63,268 nucleotides of DNA, filler included, from Reticulomyxa filosa (GCA_000512085.1; 17 parts of 17 records of this genome joined end to end with filler, not necessarily neighbours in it), one strand, 5' to 3'. Positions 1 to 12,438 are shown, numbered from the whole stretch's first letter. Numbers and translations are program-made. The notes: generated by a model not told the origin, from the letters alone.

Positions 1-541
1 CTCTGTTGATTACAGTATTCGAATTTGGAAATGAAATACTTTTTTTGTTGTTAGTATTTCTTTTATGGCAATAGCCAACCTTTGATTTATATGTTTTCGT
101 TTCTTTTACCACATGCTTGTGCTAAGCTTTGCAATTTCCAAGTTTGTCTCATTCATGTAAATAGAATATCTTTCTGAGCCACATTAACGTAATGGAGCCA
201 CTCCTTCTTCGGTTTTTTTTTTGTTGTGTCCGTGTCATTGAAATGATCACCCTGGAAGTGTTTTTTTTTAAAATTTATACCGTATGAATGCGTTTCAAGT
301 TTTTTATTAAAACTTTTTTCCAACATTCATGTCCGGTATGTTTCCTGGCATAGTTAATTTCACACAAACAAAAGTAAGGGGAAAACTAAAGAATGATTGA
401 ATTTTTGTTTAGGGCAACAGATATTGTAAGTATTTTGTTTTGATGGCTGCTGCAATCAAAGTCGATCGTTATAATATCTGTACGTAATCACGAATTTTCC
501 CTTATCTTTGCCGATAAAATCTTTTCACAATAAAAAAAAAC

Positions 542-714
542 GAACATTACGTTCAAGCTGGACGCATGTGTGATTGTTTATGGAAAAGACTACCAAAAGT
601 TAGTCTACATTGTCGATTTCATTGATCAAAACCGTATTTTGGTAGACAGTGCAAAAGGAAAACTGTCCTCATCAATCTGCCGTCTTCAAGTGATCAAATA
701 CCGAGTTAAAACAA
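542..714 (+). pseudogene. RPL14: 60S ribosomal protein eL14-like fragment, frameshifted
   Basis: Joining two frames gives HYVQAGRM/VIVYGKDYQKLVYIVDFIDQNRILVD, matching the eL14 N-terminal KOW region (FVExGRV...YGKxxGKLVxIVDxIDQNRxLVD). The frameshift is in a TG dinucleotide run at about 568-571. No C-terminal exons were recognised. Confidence 0.7.
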
Positions 715-1244
715 GTTTTTTTTTTGTTTGTTTGTTTATCAAATTGTGCAAAAAAAAATAAAATAAAAGGCACTAAAATTGTTCTTTTTTAATAAAAATT
801 CTCTCGATAAGAAACAATTGTATAAAAAAAATTAAATAATTTTGGAACTTGATAATTTATTAAATATTGATAATCTGATGCAGAGTATTGCCAGATTCTT
901 ATGCAGTGAGTGCCTTATGTTCATCTTGTGTGTAACTCAATACGTGTTACATTTGATTAGTATTCTACCTCAGACTAATCAAAGTTGTCCTCAGGACATT
1001 TTTTTTTTTTTTTTGCTCACCAAAGGTGAAGCTCTATTTTCAGTTCAAGTAAGTACAAAGACAACAAATCCAAAAAATTTAAAAAAAAACAAATATATTT
1101 GTACAGTCCCCAAATCAAATTTGTTCACTTTGTATCTAATGATAAGATAGTAAGGTTTTTGAACAAACATAGGCAAACAGGCTCGCAGAATTTAAAAAAA
1201 AAAAAATCTCAAAAGTTGAGCTATTGCAAATTTGTGGAGAACAT

Positions 1245-1344
1245 NNNNNNNNNNNNNNNNNNNNNNNNNNNNNNNNNNNNNNNNNNNNTTAATTAATTAA
1301 NNNNNNNNNNNNNNNNNNNNNNNNNNNNNNNNNNNNNNNNNNNN
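1245..1344. other. Artificial contig linker (44 N + TTAATTAATTAA + 44 N), first of 16
   Basis: An identical 100-bp block with six-frame stops starts at 1245, 8719, 12511, 13788, 16405, 18813, 19978, 21522, 24007, 25116, 26270, 34834, 38008, 39869, 45166 and 56728. Genes are truncated at these points. Confidence 0.98.
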
Positions 1345-1430
1345 TTTTTTTTTTTTTTTGGTTTGTTTTGTTATCAAATCGAGGTTTCTTTATTTTTGGT
1401 GTTGTGTCTGATGGCAATGTCTTGGTCTAG

Positions 1431-2538
1431 TTATTGGATACCATATTCTTGGCGGTGAAAAATAAGCCCATTGGCTTTTTGCATGCCTATCATCATCCCG
1501 CCACGTTGGTGTTGACATGGGCTGAAATGATTGATGGAATTGGTATTCAATGGCTCATGATATTGTTAATGCTTTTTTTGTTTGTTCGTTTGTTTCTTTA
1601 TTTGTCTGTTTTGTTATCTTGTCTGCAATGTAGCTAAATCGTGGGTGGGTATGTGTGGGGAAACATAATATGTGAACCAGTTTGAACTTATGTGTCCATA
1701 CAATTATGGTATGCACGTGGTGTACATGCTTATCTCCCAATCATTGCAACACACTACAACTGCACTTTGCATAATACAACACAAATACAAACAACCAAGA
1801 TAAATCGACACTTCCATTATATTTCGCATTTTTATATATACATACACATATACATGTATATGATGTGTATATCTGTGTTTGCTTTTTTTTGTAATTTGTG
1901 ACAAATAAAGTATTTTTATTATGGACTCTCGACACTTCATATCAGTATTCCTTTCAAAAAATTGGTCACGGTGTTGCAAATTACACAATTTGTATTGGAT
2001 TTGTCGGCGGCTGTTTGGGTTTGTGTATTCATATTCTATTTCTTCTTTTTTTTTTTTTTGTTTTGTTTTCCCTCTCGCAATTAATGGGTCTTAAGCTTTC
2101 GTGTATAGTCTTATTGAAACATTAAGGGGAGAGGAAGAAAAGAAAAAAATAAATCAAATATTATGTTTTGTAACGTCTATTAATGAAAGGCTCTTTCTTG
2201 CACACTATTTCTTGCAGAACGCATGGTGTTAAGTGAAATATTATGTTCATATACATATATCGATTTCTGCGTGATATTAGATGGAAGTGATGTAATCAAT
2301 TCAACAATGAAAAAAAAGTCTTTGTCGTGTGGCGGGTTTGTACAGGTGTTACGGAACTGGTCGTGGTTGTTGGGTAGGATTTTTCATTTTAGGATCATAC
2401 TTATTCCTTTTTGTTGATTTTTATAATGACACTTATTATGGAGATGGAGACAAAAAGTCACAAAAACAAAAGAAAGAAACTGATAAAAGTGTGGAAAAGA
2501 AAAAAGTGCCTTCCACAAACAGTAAATCTAATAAGTGA
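1431..2538 (+). CDS. ELO/GNS1/SUR4 very-long-chain fatty acid elongase, multi-exon, 5' part missing
   Basis: ELO motifs appear in order across exons: LLDTIFL, FLHAYHH (histidine box), NLCVHTIM, VTVLQITQF, SYLFLFVDFY. The lysine-rich C-terminus ends KSNK*. Confidence 0.9.
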
Positions 2539-2800
2539 ATTACATCACAAGTGCTCTTGTTACGTTAGCAAATGCCATGTCAGTCAAAATGTTTTTTGTA
2601 TTTTGACGGTATTTCCAAAAAAAAACAGCTTTTCAGATTCTAATGTGATTCAAAAAAAGTTATTTTTACTACTGCGTCATAGCAATGCATAATCCAAATT
2701 CAGTGTCATAGTTGTTTATTTGACTTCACAAAATCTGCAATTAATTGAAAACATACAAGCTTTTCCTCTCCATCTTTTCTTAACAAACAAATTTGTGCTG

Positions 2801-5085
2801 TCACTGCGATTTTTTCAAAAAATTCTGAGTGGTTTGTTGCAGACAATAATCAGAAAAAACCTTCAAACTTCCATTCATCATCAAAGAAGAATCATTTGAA
2901 ATATTTTGATATTGGTTCATAATTGATGATCGATCATATGTTTTCCCATCCAATGCAATTACAGGATCTTTCATTATTGATTTTGATAATGGACACAAAT
3001 ATTCTTTTGGGATACTTTGTTGATTGCCATCAATTGGATATTTATTGTGAATTTGAACGAAAAGATCGTGAATAAGACAAGCTTCAGAAAACATCCCCAA
3101 TTCGAACACATCCATCCAATCTTTTTTGGACATTTGCAATAATGACATTCCATCTTTTTTTTTTGGTAATAATTTCATAGAGCTGATTTAGTTTGATTTT
3201 TTTACATTTTAGAGTATGACCAATGAAAATAGCAATATCTCGCGAATTCCATTTGCTCCATTTTTTTTCCAGCTCACTCCAATTTTCATTAATCCATTTT
3301 TGATTATTTTCCATTAAATATTTTAAATTATTATTTAATTGATCAAAACGATTCAGAACCTGATGATTGAATGTATCAATAGATTGAATAATATTCACTA
3401 TTTGATCTTTTTGTTGCTTATGAATTAAAATCTGTGCTTCAATATCACATAATTGATTGTATTGTTTTATACACTCAACATATTTGATAATTGCTTCATC
3501 AGCTTCTTTTTTTAGTCTTGTTTTTTCTAAATATCTTTCATCCAGTTCTTTTTTTATTGATTGTTGTGTTGCAATTTTTTCTTTCAAATCTTTTGATGAA
3601 TTGCTCATATCTGTCTGTCATTTCACCCAATATCTTTTTTTATTTTATTCAAAAAACTCAAAAAATGAATGAATAAACAAACTGAGATAGATGCTCGATA
3701 TCCAATTAATGTTTTAACAATGGATGAAATATGGTGTATTTGAATTAAATGTTCATTTTCAATTTGTTTAAAAGCACCATCATAACTCCAAATATCATCC
3801 CAATTCCTTTCATTCAATTCTATTCTTTTTTCTTCTTCCCATTCTTTCAATTTTTGTTCCAACTTTTCTATTTCTACTTTCATTTCCTTCAAGTTTTTTG
3901 GAATTTCAATTGTCATTTTGTTTTCTCTTGTTTCGTCACTGACTCTATCTTTTTCAGTTGGAATCGCATATAATCTTTCTAATTCCATTTTTTCTTATTT
4001 CTTTTTTTTAACATTTTGTTTTCTTCTTTAATTTTTTATTTTCTCTTTTAACTTTTATTTTCATTTTTCACTCTTTCTTCTTTTAGTTCAAATAACTGTT
4101 CCACATTTATACTTACGTGCATCTTCTGTCTTTTACCAACTTTGTCCATCACACCAACGAAGTGGACAGTTGTATTGTCAGCACTCAAAACTGCAAAAGA
4201 GGCATTAATTTTCATTGGTAAAGTGAAACCGCATTGATCCCAGGTTTTCTCTTTCATTGAATATTTCCATACACCATTTGTTCTACATTTGCTATTCCTT
4301 CCTCCAAATAAAAATATAAGATCATGAAGATACACAAATGAATAAAATTTTGACTCAGTCAAGTCAGAGCAAATTGGTAATTTTTCGTAATTAAATGTTT
4401 TGTTTTGTTCATCATATTTTATTAATAATCCTGTGTTTCGACAAAACAATATGAAATGATTAATCGATTTCTTATTATTCATTGTTAATGGCACAAAACA
4501 GTGGTAATTTATTCCAAATTTGGGTTCATCTTTTGGTATCATATTATTTTGGATTCCAGTCAATGGTTTCATTGTTTTCAAATCAATCACTTCAACGTTT
4601 TGTGGGTAATATGTGATGAACAACAAATCATTATTTCTTCCACCAATTAATCCACGTGCTCCTCTTAGATCATCTTCTATTTTTCCAATGTTAGTGTTTT
4701 CGCTGTGTGGTATCCAGGTATTAAAAGCTTGAGAAACGGAGCCACTCCAATTGTAGTTATCACATTCCCATACACTTCTATATGTCATTGAAAATGTTTG
4801 TTTCATTTCATGTTTACCTTGTCCTCCAAAAGATAACAAATGAATTTCATTGGGATTGGTTTGTAAATGAGTCAATTGTAAAATGCAATGTCCATATAAT
4901 TGAACACTATTAGGATAAGAGCAGATATATTTGTATTGTTCTTTCAAAATGTGGTATGAATAACAGGAGTTAGTTACGTAGCCACCACAAACAAGAATTT
5001 CCTCTTTAAACAAAATACACGGCGCAATTGCAAAGGATTGACGTAATTTTGTCGAATTTTTAATTACTTCAACTTGGACAGACAT
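2801..5085 (-). CDS. Kelch-like propeller + coiled coil + SAM-like + U-box protein (copy A; frameshifts in A-runs)
   Basis: ORFs 4048..5085, 3623..3988, 3084..3608 and 2801..3178 align colinearly with the + strand paralog. Kelch GG motifs (LVCGG, LSFGG, FLFGG) and a U-box (PKEYLCPLSKSIMKDPVIALDGKTYDRSSI) are present. Breaks at about 4000-4060 and 3155-3165 are in homopolymers, and there is one intron at about 3613-3681. Confidence 0.85.
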
Positions 5086-5487
5086 GTCAGATGATTTTTC
5101 TTCTTGAAATCGTCTAAAATTTATCTTGTTTTAAGGGACTACTTCGTTAAACTATGGATAATGGAAAAGTGAAATACTTATTCAAGTAGATTATTTATGT
5201 AAACGGTGCAAAAACTTTAAAAGAAATTAACGAGATTGACAATAAAATAAGGTTTGATAATACGAAATCTAACTTCGTGTAGTGATAGTCTGCATAATTT
5301 TATATGTTACTTGGATGTCTAGCTCTATTTTGGCTTATCCAAACAATAAAATTAAAAACAATCAAAGGCAAACGTAATTGTTGCTCAATAGACAAGTTCA
5401 CTTTTTCGTTCAGCCCGTTTTTCAAAAAAAAAAGGTTTGTTGGGAACCTTCAAACAAAACAATCCAAAAAAAAAAAGGTTATCCAAT

Positions 5488-7842
5488 ATGTTTACACAAG
5501 TCTGTAATTGCTTTCAAAGTTTGCCTGAATTGCCCAAATCATTTAGAGCTGCACAATGTATTTTGTTCAAAGACGAAATCCTTGTGTGCGGTGGCACTGG
5601 AACTAGCGACTGTTATTCGTACCATACCCTAAAAAAACAATACAAATACGTCTGCTCTTATCCCAGCGATGTCAAACTCAATGGACATTGTGTTGTACAA
5701 CTAATTCATTCACCAACCAATCCCAATGGAATTAATTTATTATCTTTTGGAGGACAAGGTAAATATCAAATGAAACAAACATTTTCAATGAAATATAAAA
5801 GTGTATGGGAAATGAGTGACAATAATCAAAGTGAGTCCAAATCTGAATATGAATCCGTTTCTCAATCTTTCAACACGTGGATACGACATAACGAAAACAC
5901 AAACATTGGAAAAGTAGAACTCAGTTTAAGAGGAGCACGTGGATTGATTGGTGGAATAAATAACGATTTACTGTTTATCACGTGTTGTTCACGAGACATA
6001 GAAGTGATTGATTTGAAAACAATGAAACCATTGACTGGAATCCAAAACAACAAAATATCAGAAAAAAGGTCTCAATTTGGAATAAATTACCATTGTTTTG
6101 TACCATTAACAATGAATAATGAAAAAGTGATCAATCATTTCATATTATTTTGTAACAGCACAGGATTATTAATAAAATATGATGAACAACACAAAGCATT
6201 TAATTACAGAAACTTACTGGTCTGTCCCCCTTTGATTGAGTCAAAGTTGTATTCATTTGTGTATCATTACGATTTCGTATTTTTATTTGGAGGAAGGAAT
6301 AGCGCAACAGGAGAAAGAACAGATAAGGTATGGAAGTATTCGATGAAAAAGGAAACATGGAATCAATGCGATTTCACTTTGCCAAAGAAAATTCATGGAT
6401 CTTTTGCAATTTTGAGTGCTGATAATGCAATTTTTCATGTAATTGGGGGATGGGATGCAGCGAATAATATACAAAAAATACATATAAGTGCAAATGTAGA
6501 ACAATTGATTGAGAAACAGGAACTACGGGAAATGATAAAGACGCAATTTCAAAAAATAAGAGTATTACGAGAAGAGAAATTGAAATTGCAACAAGAAATG
6601 ACAATGATGAAATTGGAAAGACCATATATGATCCCAATTGAAAAAGATATGAGTAATGAAGACGTGAATGGACAAAAAATGCCAATACAAATCTCAAAAG
6701 AATGGATGAAGATAAGATACGACATGAATACTTGTGAAGGCAAATTGAAAGAATGGAAAGAAGAAAAAAGGATAAAATTGGATGATATGAGTTGGAATGA
6801 TGTTTGGAGTTGTGATGGTGCTTTTGAACGCATCAAAAATAAAGACTTGATTCAAATGAATGATATGTTATCAATTGTCAAATTATTGCTTAGATTTCGT
6901 GCATCTGTCAATGTTTTGTGTTTTTTGTTCTTACAGTCTGGATATAGAAACTGACAAACAAATAAAACGTTTATGGAGAATTGTTTTTGGATATGTCATG
7001 TATGTATACAGTTAGATGTCGAGAAGACGTCAAATAAGTTAGAAGAAGTCAATCAGAAGCAACAATTAATAGAGCAGAAAATTGAGAAGAAAATTTTGGA
7101 AAAAACAAAATTAAAAGAAGAAGCAGATGAAACAATTGTGAAATATGTGAGCTGTATAGAACAATTCAATGAACTTTGTTGTAATGAAACACAGATATTC
7201 GTTGAGAAACAACAGAAAGAAGGAGAAATGACTGCCATCAATGACATTTGTTTACTTAATGTTAAAATATTAAAAGATTTTAGCGCGTTAAGCGATCATT
7301 TGAAAATGTTGACTGAAGAGAATCAACAATGGATTAATGCAAAATGGAGTGAGTTGGAAGAAAAATGGAGTACATGGAATGCACAAGATATTGCTGTTTT
7401 CATTGGCCACATTTTAAAATGCAATAAATCCAAAATGGATCGTTTTCATCGAATTATTGACAAAAATAAAATCGATAGCATGTCTTTGGTGCAGATGTCC
7501 AAAAAAGATTGGATGGATATGTTTGAATTGGAAATGTTTTCTCAGGCCTGTCTTATTCATGATTCCTTTATTCAAATTTGTAATAAATATCCAATCGATG
7601 TGATCAATAATGATGGTTGCCAACAAGACACTCCAAAAGAGTATTTATGTCCATTATCGAATTCCATAATGACAGATCCTGTAATTGCTTTAAATGGAAT
7701 AACATATGATCGATCATCAATTATGAACCAATATCAAAATCTTCCGAGTTATTCTTCTTTGATTATTGATGGAAATTTGATACTTTATTCTGATCATTTC
7801 TTACAACAAAAAATTCAAAATTTTTTGAGTATGTCAAAGTAG
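5488..7842 (+). CDS. Kelch-like propeller + coiled coil + SAM-like + U-box protein (copy B; apparently intact, one intron at about 6907-7010)
   Basis: ATG at 5488, Kelch GG/Y/W motifs, an E/K-rich coiled coil, a SAM-like segment (WSTWNAQDIAVFIG...KIDSMSLVQMSKKDW) and a U-box (PKEYLCPLSNSIMTDPVIALNGITYDRSSI). TAG at 7840-7842. Confidence 0.9.
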
Positions 7843-8321
7843 CGTGAGAAATTTTATTTTTATTGTATTTGTAGTTGTACTTGTATTTTCTTAAAAGGCA
7901 TAGAAAATTATTGTAATTCTTAGCTTTAGTTGAAAAATAGTTTTTTTAGTAATTGCTGACGAGAACTAAAAAAGTTACTTTTTGTGATTATCAAACATGG
8001 GTATAAATAACAATGTTTAACAAAATGAAGTTCCATTATTTTATCAAAATAATTAATTAATCATCTTTAAGACATAAATATCAACTTAAATTAATGGTAC
8101 TTAACACCGAATAAAGAAAAGTTTTGCAGACAATAAGAAATAGAGCCTGCTATGAAGTTGATGATTACTTATTTACTTTTTTTTTGCAACTACCTAAATT
8201 TAGTTTTACAAACAATATTCTGCAACTCTTGAGTTTAACTTTCCAAAATAAAGTGAAAAGTGTTCAAGGTGTGGTCTCTCCTTCTAAAAAAAGAAACGTT
8301 TTTACAACAAAAAAAATTAAT

Positions 8322-8718
8322 ATGAGTCAACAATATGGTGGACGCGGAGGCCGTGGAAGAGGGAACCGTGGAGGAGGCGGTGGTGGTGGAAAGATGACAG
8401 AAACAACAGAGGAGGGGGGGGAGGAGGAGGAAGAGGTTGGCACCAAGACGACCGCTTTCGCGATCGAAACGAAGATTATAACCGCAACTACCAAGGAGGA
8501 AACTTTAGAGACGACCGAAGAGATGGAGACGACTCATTTCAAGGAGGAAGAGGAATGAGAAGAGGAAGAGGAGGATCACGTGGCGGTGGTGGTGGCTATG
8601 GCGATGGTGGGTATGGAGGAGGTTACGGAGGAGACTACGGAGGTGGCTATGGAGGTGGCTACGGTGGAGGACGTGGTGGAGGACGCGGAGGTGGAGGACG
8701 CGGAGGTGGAGGACGCGG
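8322..8718 (+). CDS. N-terminus of an RGG/GYGG-rich protein (likely RNA-binding), 3' truncated
   Basis: MSQQYGGRGGRGRG... continues after a 1-nt shift at about 8390 as DDRNNRGGG...RRGRGGSRGGGGGYGDGGYGGGYGG until the contig ends. Confidence 0.7.
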
Positions 8719-8818
8719 NNNNNNNNNNNNNNNNNNNNNNNNNNNNNNNNNNNNNNNNNNNNTTAATTAATTAANNNNNNNNNNNNNNNNNNNNNNNNNN
8801 NNNNNNNNNNNNNNNNNN

Positions 8819-10492
8819 TGGAACATTCTTGTTGTCTACAAATGGTTAAATGTTGGTTCGAGCCATTTGGATGCAATCATTTATGTTTGAAATATGCGAT
8901 CACTGATCATTTGACATCAAACATGAAATTTCATTTTGATTTAGTTATTAAATCTTTTGATACGTTACAACAAACTATTCGACAATATCAGGTATCATTA
9001 TTCATCGAGAATTTTAACAAAAGACAATCTATGTCCATATTGAAAAAAATAAAAATAGGAAGAAATTAAGAAATTAAATTTGGAAAATGAAACCCTTAAA
9101 GTAGGGCTACAATTGAAAGAGGAAAAACATGAAGAAATCATTCAAATTTTGCGATCACAATTAGATGTGGAAAGATTGCAAAAAGTTTTGTCATTTTTTT
9201 GTTTATTTATATATTGTTTAAAATAAACAAATAACAAAGGAAAAATTGGACAATGATTTATTGAAGCATATGGAAATAATTAATTCATTAAAGAAAAGTA
9301 TTATTAATTTAAAATTATATCAAACTGAAAAAGATAATGAATTAAAAAATAAATTTAATGAAATGGTGATCTCAAATAATATAAAATTTGATTGCTTAAG
9401 AGATACACTAAAAGGAAATTTTGTACAACTAAAAGATCAATTAAAAAAAAAGAATATATATCTATTGATTTATCTATATCGTTAAATGCACATAATGACT
9501 ATGTATATGGTATTGATTATACCACATTTGATGATAATCAATTTATATGTTCCGGATCAGCTGATAAAAAAGTTTGTGTATTTGATGTTAATAATGATAA
9601 ATATAATGCATACTTTGATCTACACTTAGGTCCTGTATATTGTGTAAAATTTTCACAATATCATTATAATAAAAATAAACTAAATATTGTTTGCTCTTCA
9701 TCTAGAGATAATACAATACGTTTTTGGGACTTTAAAAATAATGCGCAAATTGGTATACTTAAAAATGATCATTCATTGTGTGGAATTGAATTTTCATCAT
9801 TTAATCATGGAAAATATTTATGTTCCGGATCATTTGATAATACTATTCGTATATGGGATGTTGAAACATTAAATCCATTATGTGTTTTAAGTGGACATGA
9901 TGATGTTGTTTGGTGTATTGCTATTTCACCATCAAACAGTAATGCTGGTTTAGTTGGTGGTAATGGATATACTATTTGCTCTGGATCATATGATGGTACG
10001 ATTCGTACTTGGGATATAGATACGCATAAACAATTAAATGTATTAACAGGACATGAACGTGGAATAAGAAGCGTAAAATATGGAAGAAATAATATGCAAA
10101 ATACAGTTTTATCTGGATCAAGTGATAGAACTGTACGTTTGTGGGATATCCGAAGTAACGAGCAAGTTCAAAGGTTTGATGGACATAAAAATATTGTATG
10201 GTCTGTTGAATATATTATCTCAACAATAAATATAATTAAATGCAGTAATAATCTAAATTTAGTATGTTCTGGATCAGAAGATGATACAATTAAAATTTGG
10301 GATACCAGATCAAATAAGAACCCATTATATACCATTAATAATTTCGAAAAAGAGCGTAATGGAATAACAAGTATTAAACTTGTTCAATCTGATAATAAAA
10401 AGCAATTGATTCATAATTGCAATTTTGGGTTGATATGTGGCTCAGTTAGTGGGAAAGTTTTTTTTTATGGTGAGCAATCATCAAATAAATAA
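8819..10492 (+). CDS. TRAF-type zinc finger + coiled coil + WD40 propeller protein (TRAF7-like architecture), 5' truncated
   Basis: First exon reads CCLQMVKCWFEPFGCNHLC...DHLTSNMKFH (TRAF zinc finger pattern). Introns at 8992-9058 and 9185-9239 join coiled-coil exons in frame. A 1-nt shift in the A-run at about 9445 precedes about 7 GH...WD repeats. Confidence 0.85.
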
Positions 10493-10938
10493 TTAATCAT
10501 TTTCAAACATTTGCTTTAATTAAAAAATTCTTTTATTCAAAATGATTTTGTTTTAAACTTATCAACTTCCTTTGAACATATAAAATATTAAAATTAACTA
10601 AATTTGCTTATTACCAGCTTTTGACATATTGATAATAATGATACCAAAAACAATAATACATATTATTGTTGTCATGTCATTGATTTATTGATTAGAAAGA
10701 AAAGGAGAAAAAGATTTTAAAAAATATTACAACAAAAAGTAATCATATTACAAGAAAAATTATGATCTAGAAAAAGTTTGTCTGTTGTCAGCTGCCCATG
10801 CAAGTGTTGTATGCATACGGCTTTGCAGATTGTATTGCTTTTTTAAGTATTGTATAAACGGAGCCTGAGATGTTGAGATTATTCAATTTGAGAATCTCAT
10901 TGTAGCAAGTCGGTGTATATATACTATGTACAATTTTA

Positions 10939-12438
10939 TCAAGCCATACACATAATATATATGCATATGTATATGTATAGGTAAGATTGCAAAGATATCC
11001 ATTTTTTAAACTCATAAGGATCACAAGTACCATGCGGTTTGTGGTAGTAACGCATTGTCAATATCAAATCATTTAATATCAATTCATCTTTGTCATTCTT
11101 TTCATTATAATTAATTTGTTTTTTGATTTTTTTCACAAAATTTATCTTTCTCTTTTTTGTTTGTGTACTGAAAATAATCATTTTTTATTACTTCATGGAA
11201 CAGTTTCTGCAAATCACATTCATACAATAATGGATTGAATTTAATTTTTTGATTTAATGAAATATCATGAAATGGAACACTTTTTGGTTCAATCATTGTG
11301 CGTTTGTGGGATACCATGAATAATGATATTATTTCCCAATGTACTTGAATAATTAGATAATAGATGTTTGTAAATATCATGTAATAATACATCTGAGCCA
11401 TTCATTTTTGATATTTTTGATGATATTACTGATTTACATTTGTCAAATTTACATTCCAATAATATTAATTCATCTCTTCTATCTACAAAATGGTGTATCA
11501 TTTGTAAATTATGTTTTATATATTGTATCCCTTGTTTGAAAGTGATTGAATATGGATTCAATGGCTCTTTGCGTGTTCTATTATCAATAGTTTTCCAAAT
11601 GGCATGTAAAGAGTTGAACTCCTATGTGTTTGAAATGTAAGTGTAACAATTGAGCAATTGAATAATTAACAAATAATTGATAATTTATTTGATAATTGAT
11701 AATTGATAAAGACATTTGTGTGTTTTGCTTTCATTAACTGATACACAATTTAATAGATCATCTCTATCGCCTTGAGCAATTGTGCGGAAGTGCAAGTATG
11801 ATTGAGAATGATACAAGTCCATTTGGTATGTGTTTCAATAATATCAATGTCGTTATAATATTGAATACTCATTGAATTCCAATGATTTGTTTGGATTTTC
11901 AAGTTGTAATGATTTTATTTTTTATTTTTTATTTTTTATATATTTATCGATATCCAATAACATTATTGTTTATGTTCATAATCAAATACACTAAAATAAT
12001 CTTTCCATAACATACACACTCTTCCTACATTCCAATATCTTGTTTTATATCTATTTAAAATGATTGGTTATATTATCTATTATTTATATATTATATCATT
12101 TATTTTATTAACAATAACAAAGTAAACACATACATGATTTGTTCATTGATCCAATAACGATAACAATTCCACAGATGTAATAATTGAATACGATCATATT
12201 TGTAATACCAATTGTCATCATAGCCTTTTTTGAATCCATAATGCTGTAAAATTATTCCCATATTTATTAATACTTGATCAAAATCTGCACATAATGTATG
12301 ACATTTATTGGATAAATAGTTGTATAAAGCTTGTTTGTGAATTTGACGATATTTGATATGTTTAGGATATTTCAAAATATTCCACAAAATATGCAAACAC
12401 ATTTCTTGATTTATTTTTAATTTATTTTCTTCTTTCAA
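10939..12438 (-). pseudogene. PUB-domain multi-exon gene, frameshifted and degenerate
   Basis: CLHILWNILKYPKHIKYRQI...LQHYGF matches the PUB signature (NI..P...KYR.I...L...GF). Downstream coding-like segments at 11780-12045 and 10940-11620 need several frameshifts to read through. Confidence 0.6.

Noticed and set aside
8124-8558. 144-aa ORF with a Thr/Glu-rich tail
   Set aside because: It has a TTG start in UTR-like sequence, and the tail is the wrong frame of the RGG protein after a 1-nt shift.
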